From NCBI GenBank assembly GCA_964475575.1, contig CAYYXD010000002.1, forward strand, positions 1 to 38,149: DNA of 38,149 bases. The letters run 5' to 3'. Below, piece after piece: positions 8,772 through 16,598 of the stretch. The notes below the pieces were generated by a model that saw only the letters and a program-made list of their open reading frames with translations, was not told where the DNA came from and did no database searches. Source of the DNA: an uncultured Gammaproteobacteria bacterium (lineage in GTDB: Bacteria > Patescibacteriota > Patescibacteriia > Patescibacteriales > UBA12465). The position numbers and the translations under genes are program-made. Each line of letters opens with the position of its first letter. Position 1 is the stretch's first letter.

Positions 8772-10145
8772 ATGAATAATATTTTATATTCTAGAGACAG
8801 ATGGTTATTCATTTCGGTTTTATCAATACTTTTCTTGGTAGCTATAATTTTTAGTGCTTACAACTATATTGTTTCTTTTGTTATCTTAGCTTTTTTATTC
8901 ATAGTGGTATTGTTTTTTTTAAAACCTTTATCTGGTTTATATTTAATATCTTTATTCCTGCCCATTACCGGTTTAGCCGTAAATTATAAAGGGTTTGAAT
9001 TACCATTTATTGATTTATTATCAGTAGTTGTTTTAATTTCTTTTGTTGTTCGCCATGTTTATCTTTATTTCTTTTCTGATAAAAAAGAGGGATTAAAGTT
9101 TCCTGGGGGAATATATTTTCTTTTATTTTTCATATTTACTTTAATTTCTGGCCTGTTGAGTGATGGGATAATAACTCATCTTTGGTATTCTTTTCGTTGG
9201 ATTTTGTTTTTTTATTTAGCCTTTGTAGTCATGCCTTTTAATTTAATTAAAAATACTAAAATTTTACATCGAGTTATTATTTTTATTTCCTTAGGTGCTT
9301 CAGTTGTGGCTCTTATGAGTCTAGTTTCTTTGTTTTTACAAGATTGGTCTGATACTTTTTCACGGGTAACTCCCTTACCTATTTTTGGTCAATGGATATT
9401 TGGTGAAAATTATAATCTATTATCGGAATTTTTATCAATGTCAGCTTTTTTAATTTTAAGTTTAAAATATTGGGTTAAGGATTTAAGAGTTAATCGTTTT
9501 TTAAATTTATTATCAGCTTTCTTTATTTTATTAGTTTTTTTAACTTTTAGCCGAACTTCTTGGATTACTGTTTCTTTACAATTAATTCTATATTTTTTAA
9601 TATATAACTTTGTTATCAAAAGAAATAAAGTAAATGTTAAAGAAATTTTATTAGTACTATTTTTAATGTTTGTAATGATATTACCATTTTCAGTAAAGAT
9701 GATAAGTCTACAAGAAGCTAATTATAGTTCCACCGAAAATCGCACTTTATTAACTCAAATAGCCTGGGAAGCTTTTTTGGAAAAACCTTTTTTGGGATGG
9801 GGTAGTGGTAGTTTTGTTTCGTTAGTAGAGGATAATGTACGATTTGTAGCCAAATATGGTGATCCTTTAGATTCTCATGGTTTTGGTCAAAAAGTTTTAG
9901 CCGAGAACGGAATATTAGGAACTATAGCCTTTATTCTTTTTGTGGTAGTTATTTTTAATAGAATTTATTCAGGTGTTGTAAATAATAGGGAGGATTATAA
10001 ATTATTATTACCTTTATTCATTTCTTCTTTTGGAGTTTTTTTCTATCAAATTTTTAATACTTCCTATTACAAAGGACGAGTATGGTTACCGATAGCTATA
10101 GCTTTAATAGCCGTTAATTTAATTTCAAATAAGAATAAGAAATAA
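8772..10145 (+). CDS. O-antigen ligase/polymerase-like (Wzy_C domain) polytopic membrane protein
   Basis: About 10-12 hydrophobic segments. The TFSRTSWI motif and an extracytoplasmic loop containing GWGSGSF...DSHGFGQKVLAENGILG are typical of the Wzy_C family. Confidence 0.7.
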   Translation: MNNILYSRDRWLFISVLSILFLVAIIFSAYNYIVSFVILAFLFIVVLFFLKPLSGLYLISLFLPITGLAVNYKGFELPFIDLLSVVVLISFVVRHVYLYFFSDKKEGLKFPGGIYFLLFFIFTLISGLLSDGIITHLWYSFRWILFFYLAFVVMPFNLIKNTKILHRVIIFISLGASVVALMSLVSLFLQDWSDTFSRVTPLPIFGQWIFGENYNLLSEFLSMSAFLILSLKYWVKDLRVNRFLNLLSAFFILLVFLTFSRTSWITVSLQLILYFLIYNFVIKRNKVNVKEILLVLFLMFVMILPFSVKMISLQEANYSSTENRTLLTQIAWEAFLEKPFLGWGSGSFVSLVEDNVRFVAKYGDPLDSHGFGQKVLAENGILGTIAFILFVVVIFNRIYSGVVNNREDYKLLLPLFISSFGVFFYQIFNTSYYKGRVWLPIAIALIAVNLISNKNKK

Positions 10146-10146
10146 T

Positions 10147-11262
10147 ATGATTAATGGAAAAATAAAAATTATATATATTTTACCATCTCTATCCTCAGGA
10201 GGAGCTGAGAGAGTTACTTTAGATCTTATCTATAATTTAGATAGAAAAGTTTTTACTCCTGAATTATTATTATTTAATGGTGGAGGATTTTTTCATCAAG
10301 AAGCTTTATCTCACGGATTAAGGGTTGTTATTTTTAAAAAGAGATTTAAGTTTGATATTTTTAATTTTTTTAAAATATATAAATATATAAAAAATACTCA
10401 ACCAGATATAGTTCATACTGGATTAGGTGGTGATATTTATGGTAAAATAGCGGCTAAAATAGCTAAGATTAAAATTATTGTTTCTACTGAGCATAATGTA
10501 GCTATTAATGATAAAACAATAATTCGTCGTTTAAAAGGATTAACTGCTAAATGGTCAAATAAAATAGTGGCCATATCAGAATCAGTAAAAAAAGATATAT
10601 TAAGGGAGTATAAGATTCCATCTGAAAAAGTAGATTTAATTTATAATGGCTTATACGTTGATAATTTTAAAAAAGAAGAAAATCAAGATAGAATAAAAAA
10701 AGAATCCGATACTATAATTATTGGTTCAGTGGGTCGTTTAACTGAACAAAAAAACTTTTCTTTATTACTGAGAGCTTTAGATCAAGTGAAAAATAGAAAT
10801 TTTAAATGTTTGATTGTTGGAGAAGGAGAACTTAGATCTCAATTGGAACAAGAAATAAAAGATTTAGATTTAAGTAATAAAGTGAAATTATTAGGAATAA
10901 CATCAGATATTAATGGTTTTTTAAATAAACTTGATTTATTCGTTCTACCATCAAAATGGGAGGGTTTAGGAATTACTTTATTAGAAGCTGGTTTAGTAAA
11001 ACTACCAGTATTAGCTTCAGCTACTGGGGGAATAGTTGATATAATAAAACATAAAGAAAATGGTTTATTATTTAATAATAATGATTTAAGTAATTTAACA
11101 GATATGTTGAATGGTTGTTTAGATTTTAATAATAGAGAATATCTACTGAAATTAGGGGAAAAATTAAGTTATGACATAAGAGAAAGATTTGATATAAAGA
11201 AAACAAGTGGACAATACCAAGATATGTATAAAAAGTTAGTACAAGATAATATTTATAATTAA
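10147..11262 (+). CDS. Glycosyltransferase family 4 (GT-B fold)
   Basis: N-terminal SSGGAERV motif. C-terminal E-x7-E region SKWEGLGITLLEAGLVKLPVLASATGGIVDII. Confidence 0.85.
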   Translation: MINGKIKIIYILPSLSSGGAERVTLDLIYNLDRKVFTPELLLFNGGGFFHQEALSHGLRVVIFKKRFKFDIFNFFKIYKYIKNTQPDIVHTGLGGDIYGKIAAKIAKIKIIVSTEHNVAINDKTIIRRLKGLTAKWSNKIVAISESVKKDILREYKIPSEKVDLIYNGLYVDNFKKEENQDRIKKESDTIIIGSVGRLTEQKNFSLLLRALDQVKNRNFKCLIVGEGELRSQLEQEIKDLDLSNKVKLLGITSDINGFLNKLDLFVLPSKWEGLGITLLEAGLVKLPVLASATGGIVDIIKHKENGLLFNNNDLSNLTDMLNGCLDFNNREYLLKLGEKLSYDIRERFDIKKTSGQYQDMYKKLVQDNIYN

Positions 11263-11271
11263 AATAAAAAT

Positions 11272-12000
11272 ATGATGAGTGATGAAATAAAACATTTTAG
11301 AGATTTAAATAAGAATCCTGATATGTATGGACAACATGTATCAGAAGAAGATAAAAAAGATATTGAAAAATATAATAAGGAAAATTTTGGTAAAAAAATT
11401 GAAAAAATGGGTCCAACAGCTGATAAATATTATCAAGCCATGGAGTTAGTAAAATCGGCTGGTTTAAAAACTGAATTTTCTGATAATGAAAAGGAACAAA
11501 AAATTATTGAAAAAAGAAAAGATTTTATAATTAAATATTTTTCTAAAGTTTTAGAAGATATAAAAAGATACATGTCTTCAATTAGTGCTATAAAAATACA
11601 AGAATTAAAAGATTATGGTAGTGATTTAGATAGATTTCAAGAAATTATGTCAATTTCAGATCAAGAACGTCGTAATTATCATAATGCTCTAATTAATGAT
11701 ATAAAAATATTAATTCGTTCTATTAATATTAATTTTAATAAAGATTTTCCACACGAAGCAAGATTGAATTTTGAATCTAAAATGCCTGATAGAGCTGGTT
11801 TAAAAACTAAAGAATTAGAAGAAATAATATCACAAAGAGAGTATGTTGAATTTCCATATAAACAAGGGGCATTTATAAATCTTAATAGTGCTGGAATGGA
11901 TCCTGAATTAGAAAGAAATATTATAGCTAATTGGGCTCTTGATATGTACGGAGATTTAACAACCTTAAACGATAAATTGAATAATGATGATAAAAAATAG
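11272..12000 (+). CDS. Hypothetical protein (helical, no signal peptide)
   Basis: The 242-aa ORF is well packed between its neighbours. I recognise no motif. Confidence 0.55.
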   Translation: MMSDEIKHFRDLNKNPDMYGQHVSEEDKKDIEKYNKENFGKKIEKMGPTADKYYQAMELVKSAGLKTEFSDNEKEQKIIEKRKDFIIKYFSKVLEDIKRYMSSISAIKIQELKDYGSDLDRFQEIMSISDQERRNYHNALINDIKILIRSININFNKDFPHEARLNFESKMPDRAGLKTKELEEIISQREYVEFPYKQGAFINLNSAGMDPELERNIIANWALDMYGDLTTLNDKLNNDDKK

Positions 12001-12009
12001 CCCCCTTCT

Positions 12010-12267
12010 TTAGGAAGGAGGTAATTTTGGAATTTCTTTTCTTAGCATTTCCAGAATTAGTTTTCTGGCTTCTTCATAGATCTGATTCTCATTTAATGAG
12101 GAGAAAATAACGGCTTGAGGGTTATTCTTTAATAACTCTCTTTTAAAATTCGTTACATCTACTTTTATTTTTTTATTTTTGTTATTTAATAATGTAAATA
12201 CATTATTATCAAATTGCAGATTAACGACTTTAAGGGCCTCATGAAGTAACTCTTTTTTGTTTTCCAT
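12010..12267 (-). CDS. Hypothetical small protein
   Basis: An 85-aa ORF convergent with 11272-12000. A candidate minus-strand promoter lies upstream (TTGACA is the reverse complement of 12312-12317). I recognise no motif. Confidence 0.45.
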   Translation of the reverse strand: MENKKELLHEALKVVNLQFDNNVFTLLNNKNKKIKVDVTNFKRELLKNNPQAVIFSSLNENQIYEEARKLILEMLRKEIPKLPPS

Positions 12268-12385
12268 TGCCTGATTATTTTGTGTGTCATTTTTATCATA
12301 TTAATTTTAAAATGTCAATAGGTATAAAAAACTAATAATTTTTGTTGTTTTTTTTATATCTTTTTGATATTATGAGTATATAATT

Positions 12386-13354
12386 ATGAAATTTAAGTGG
12401 AAAACAATAGGTAATCAAAAAGCGGTGGAATATTTAGATAAGAGTTTATCTAATAATCAAATCGCTAATTTTTATATCTTTTCCGGCCCAAATGATGTCG
12501 GAAAATTTTCTTTGGCTAAAGATTTTATAACCAACATCTTTCTTAATGATTTACCTGACTTGATAATTAAAGATAATTTTTTAGAAACTAATGGAGATTT
12601 TTCAATAATAGAAAGAGAAGCTAATAAAAAAAATATATCCATAAATCAGATAAGAGATTTTATTTCTCGTTTTCGTTCTGGTTCTTTTATGAATTCTTAT
12701 CGAGCGGCTATTATAAAAGAAGGACAATATCTAAATGATAGTTCAGCTAATGCCTTATTAAAAATATTAGAAGAAGCTGATAATAAAACCATTATAATTT
12801 TAACCGTTAATGATGTAGATTCTTTACCGAAAACAATAGTTTCTCGTGGACAAATAATTAATCTTTTTTCGGTTAGTAATGATTTAATTTATCAAAATTT
12901 AGTTGATAAGCATTCAGTTAATAAAAGTTTAGCTAAAAGTTTATCACGATTATCGGATGGCCGTCCTGGTTTAGCTCTTAAGTTTTTAGAAAATGAATCT
13001 TTATACAATGATTATCAATCACTTGTTTTTGATTTTTTAGACTTTTTACCATTAATCTTTTCTGAACGTTTGAAGATTATTGATAGAATTATGAAAAAAA
13101 ATGAAGTTTTAGAAAATTTCAATATTCTTCAAATATGGCAATCAGTTGTTAGAGATTTAATATTTGTAAATTATGAACAATATGATTATGTAAGAAATGA
13201 TTTTGCTTTAGAGAGGTTAAAATCTTTTAAAGCTGATTCTTTAGACGCTTTAAGGTTAAATGATAAAGCTTCAGTGATAAGCATGGCTGAATCGTATCAG
13301 TCTTCCAATATTAACCTTCGTTCAGTCCTTGAATACATTGCGATAAATGTTTAA
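12386..13354 (+). CDS. holB: DNA polymerase III subunit delta'
   Basis: Degenerate Walker A context FYIFSGPNDVGKFSLAKDF, plus the clamp-loader blocks ANALLKILEE and TIVSRGQ. The length is 322 aa. Confidence 0.8.
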   Translation: MKFKWKTIGNQKAVEYLDKSLSNNQIANFYIFSGPNDVGKFSLAKDFITNIFLNDLPDLIIKDNFLETNGDFSIIEREANKKNISINQIRDFISRFRSGSFMNSYRAAIIKEGQYLNDSSANALLKILEEADNKTIIILTVNDVDSLPKTIVSRGQIINLFSVSNDLIYQNLVDKHSVNKSLAKSLSRLSDGRPGLALKFLENESLYNDYQSLVFDFLDFLPLIFSERLKIIDRIMKKNEVLENFNILQIWQSVVRDLIFVNYEQYDYVRNDFALERLKSFKADSLDALRLNDKASVISMAESYQSSNINLRSVLEYIAINV

Positions 13355-13402
13355 ATAATATATAATAACTAATGGATTTAAAATTAAAATTAATTAAAAA
13401 AT

Positions 13403-14515
13403 ATGAAAAAAGTTAAATTATTGTCAATTTTATTAGGACTTTTTTTACTTAGTGCTTGTTCTTTAAATGTAAAAAATAATAGTACTTCCGGTAAAGATTA
13501 TGGCGGAGTTTTCGTAAGTGCTGATAAGGGAGATACTTGGCGTCAAATGCCATATATTCCAACTATTTCAGGAACTCCAGGTAATATTTCTAGTATTGAT
13601 ATAAATACTATGGTTATGGATCCAAGTGATAGTAAGGCAGTTTATTTAGCTATGATTGAAGGGGGTCTTTATTATACATATAATATTTCTAATGGTTGGA
13701 ATAAAATTACATCTTTACCGGGTGATGCTACTGTTAAGGATATAAGTATAGCCAGTAAAAATAAATGTGCTTTATTTGTGGCTATAGCTAATAAATTATA
13801 TAAAAGTATTGATTGTGGTCGTACCTTTTCTCAAATTTATTTTGATAATAATACCGGTGTTTCAGTCACTGCTATAGCTGTTGATCATTATGATAATAAT
13901 ATAGTTTATTTAGGAACATCACGAGGAGATGTTTTACGTAGTCTTGATGGTGGAAATAGTTGGAAAGCTATTCAACGATTAAAGGATAGTATCGCTAAAA
14001 TAGTTATTAATTCTAATGATAGTCGTTCAGTTTTTGTAGTTACTAATAAAGCGGGAGTTCATAAATTTAATACTTCCGGTGGAGCTACTTTAGAAGAGTT
14101 AGAACAATATAATAATACTTTTGATGATACCAATTGGACAAACTATAATGATTCTTTAAAAGAATTTAATTTAGGTTTAAATTTTAAAGATTTAGTTTAT
14201 TCAGCTTCTGATAATTCTTTATTATTAGCTACTGATAAAGTTATTTTAAGATCTTATGATGATGGAAAAACTTGGACTAAATTATCTTTATTAACTCCAG
14301 AAAAAGATTCTAGTATTAATGATTTAGCAATTAATCCTAAAAATAGTCAAGAAATATATTATGTTACTAATACCTCTTTTTTTCGTTCGAGCGATGGGGG
14401 GTCAACTTGGACTGTTAAGAGTTTGCCAACTATTAGAGCTGGAGTTTCTTTGTTAATAGATTTTAATAATACTGATAATATTTATTTAGGTGTCAAAAAA
14501 ATAGAAGAAGAATAA
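13403..14515 (+). CDS. Lipoprotein with BNR/Asp-box repeats (Ycf48/sortilin-like beta-propeller)
   Basis: Lipobox signal LGLFLLSAC. Five Asp-box motifs are present: SADKGDTW, SIDCGRTF, SLDGGNSW, SYDDGKTW and SSDGGSTW. Confidence 0.8.
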   Translation: MKKVKLLSILLGLFLLSACSLNVKNNSTSGKDYGGVFVSADKGDTWRQMPYIPTISGTPGNISSIDINTMVMDPSDSKAVYLAMIEGGLYYTYNISNGWNKITSLPGDATVKDISIASKNKCALFVAIANKLYKSIDCGRTFSQIYFDNNTGVSVTAIAVDHYDNNIVYLGTSRGDVLRSLDGGNSWKAIQRLKDSIAKIVINSNDSRSVFVVTNKAGVHKFNTSGGATLEELEQYNNTFDDTNWTNYNDSLKEFNLGLNFKDLVYSASDNSLLLATDKVILRSYDDGKTWTKLSLLTPEKDSSINDLAINPKNSQEIYYVTNTSFFRSSDGGSTWTVKSLPTIRAGVSLLIDFNNTDNIYLGVKKIEEE

Positions 14516-14534
14516 TTATAATTAAATAAAAAAT

Positions 14535-15089
14535 ATGAATATTTATATTCAAAACAAAAAAGAAGATTTCAATAAAATAATTGATTTCTTTAAAAAAGAT
14601 ATTATTAATGTTAAAGTTGGTCGAGCTAATCCGTCTATTTTAGATGGGGTATTAATAGAAGCTTATGGAGTTAAAAATCCTATTAATACTGTAGCTAATA
14701 TTAGTATTGGTGATGCTCGTAGTATTATTCTAAGTCCTTGGGATAAAAATGTTTCAAAGAGTATAGAAAAAGCTATTATAGAAGCTAATTTGGGTGTTGG
14801 GGTTATGAATGAAGGTGACAAAATTAGAATAACTATTCCTCAAATGACTGAAGAAAATCGCTTAGAATCAGTTAAAAAATTAAATGAAAAACAAGAAAAA
14901 GCTAAAATATCAGTTCGTCAATTACGAGATGAAATTAAAACAACTATTGAAGATGTTTTTACCAAAAAAGAAATTGGTGAAGATGATAAATTTCGTTTCA
15001 TAAAAGAATTGGATGAAGAAATAGGAAAATTAAATGATGAAATAAAATCTATTAGAGATAAAAAAGAAGCCGAGATAATGGAAATTTAA
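14535..15089 (+). CDS. frr: Ribosome recycling factor
   Basis: Typical RRF sequence (VGRANPSILDGVLIEAYG...LSPWDK...IEKAIIEANLGV...IRITIPQMTEE.R...VK) at 184 aa. Confidence 0.95.
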   Translation: MNIYIQNKKEDFNKIIDFFKKDIINVKVGRANPSILDGVLIEAYGVKNPINTVANISIGDARSIILSPWDKNVSKSIEKAIIEANLGVGVMNEGDKIRITIPQMTEENRLESVKKLNEKQEKAKISVRQLRDEIKTTIEDVFTKKEIGEDDKFRFIKELDEEIGKLNDEIKSIRDKKEAEIMEI

Positions 15090-15111
15090 TACTTACTAAA
15101 AATTATTTATT

Positions 15112-16245
15112 ATGTTTACAACAATTATTGTTTTTATATTAGTTTTGTCGTTGCTAGTTTTTGTTCATGAATTTGGTCATTTTTTTTCTGCTCGTCGCTT
15201 AGGAGTAAGAGCTGAAGAATTTGGTTTTGGTTTTCCACCTAGAATTTTTGGAGTGTATAAAGATAAAAATGGGAAATGGAAAAAGGTTTGGGGTAATAAA
15301 AAAGTTGAAGATAATTCAGATACTATTTATTCTATCAATGGAATTTTAGTTGGTGGTTTTGTTAAAATAAAAGGAGAGGATGGAGATAATAAAGATAATA
15401 GTGATAGTTTTTCTTCTAAAAAAATATGGAAGAGAGCAATAATATTATCTTCAGGAGTTTTAATGAATGTGGTTTTAGCTTCAGTTTTAATCTCTATTGG
15501 TTTAATGATAGGTTTACCTCGTTATTTAAGTGATGAAAAACTTCCAGATTCGGTTATTGTAAAAAATGAACAAGTATCAATTGTTGAAGTAATGGAAGAT
15601 TCCCCGGCTGCCTTAGCTGGTTTTCAAGTTTCTGATAACATAATGAGTATTAATGATACAAAAATTAAAACGGGAGAAGAAGTAGTTAATATAATAGCTT
15701 CTAGTACAGAAGAAGTTTCTATAGTAGTTGATCGATCTGGTGAAACGAAGGAAATAAAAGTAAGTCCAGAAATTAAACCCGAAAATAATGTAAAAACGAT
15801 AGGTATAGCTTTTTTGGATTCAGCTACAGTTAGATATCCATGGTATTTAGCTATTTGGGAAGGAATAAAAATGACCGGACAACTTTTATGGGCTATTGTT
15901 TATTCTCTTTTTGATTTAGTTAGAAATCTTATTGTCGGTTCTAATGTGGCCGTGGAAGTTGCCGGACCAGTTGGTATTGCTAATTTAACCGGACAAATGT
16001 TTCGTTTAGGACTTATTTATCTTATTCAATTTACCGCTTTATTATCTCTTAATTTGGCTATTATTAATATTTTACCTTTTCCAGCTTTAGATGGTGGACG
16101 ATTATTATTTTTATTGATAGAAAAGATAAAAGGTAAGCCGGTCAAACAAGAAATAGAAGCTGTTTTTAATAATATTGGATTTCTATTATTAATGGCTTTA
16201 ATTATCTGGGTAACTTTGAAAGATATAATAAAATTGTTTAATTAA
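15112..16245 (+). CDS. rseP: RIP metalloprotease RseP (site-2 protease, M50 family) with PDZ domain
   Basis: HEFGHF zinc motif in the first TM, a central PDZ-like region (SPAALAGFQVSDNIMSINDTKI), and the LNLAIINILPFPALDGG motif. Confidence 0.9.
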   Translation: MFTTIIVFILVLSLLVFVHEFGHFFSARRLGVRAEEFGFGFPPRIFGVYKDKNGKWKKVWGNKKVEDNSDTIYSINGILVGGFVKIKGEDGDNKDNSDSFSSKKIWKRAIILSSGVLMNVVLASVLISIGLMIGLPRYLSDEKLPDSVIVKNEQVSIVEVMEDSPAALAGFQVSDNIMSINDTKIKTGEEVVNIIASSTEEVSIVVDRSGETKEIKVSPEIKPENNVKTIGIAFLDSATVRYPWYLAIWEGIKMTGQLLWAIVYSLFDLVRNLIVGSNVAVEVAGPVGIANLTGQMFRLGLIYLIQFTALLSLNLAIINILPFPALDGGRLLFLLIEKIKGKPVKQEIEAVFNNIGFLLLMALIIWVTLKDIIKLFN

Positions 16246-16257
16246 TAATATAAAAAT

Positions 16258-16581
16258 ATGAAAACAAATATTAGAGTAGCTAAAATTGAATTAAATGATG
16301 AATTAAGAAAATATGTTGAAGATAAAATGAAAATGTTGGATAAATATTTAGGTGATATAGTTGTTATTAATTGTGATGTTGAATTAGAAAAAGCTATTAA
16401 GAGTCAAAACAGTGGTAATATTTATCGAGCTGAAGTAAATCTTTCTGTTCCCGGAATTGTTTTACGAGTAGAAAAAACTGAAAAAACTATTTATAAAGCA
16501 ATTGATAAAGTTAAAGATCATTTAGCTGATATGATAAAAAAGTATAAGAATAAAAAAATTGATACTAAAAGAGGAAAATAA
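16258..16581 (+). CDS. hpf: Ribosome hibernation promoting factor / RaiA family, short form
   Basis: A 107-aa sigma-54-modulation/S30EA-like sequence (LRKYVEDKMKMLDKYL...YRAEVNLSVPG...IYKAIDKVKDHL). It has the hpf-secA adjacency known from Firmicutes. There is no C-terminal dimerisation domain. Confidence 0.8.
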   Translation: MKTNIRVAKIELNDELRKYVEDKMKMLDKYLGDIVVINCDVELEKAIKSQNSGNIYRAEVNLSVPGIVLRVEKTEKTIYKAIDKVKDHLADMIKKYKNKKIDTKRGK

Positions 16582-16598
16582 AATTAATTTTAAAATAT

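Noticed and set aside
9410-9619. 69-aa minus-strand ORF inside the Wzy_C-like gene
   Set aside because: It is an antisense shadow ORF with a Lys-rich, low-complexity translation.
12001-12021. G/C-rich dyad between the convergent orphan genes as an intrinsic terminator
   Set aside because: Only about 5 bp pair cleanly (CCTTC/GAAGG), and part of it is coding sequence of the minus-strand ORF. It is too weak to call as a feature.
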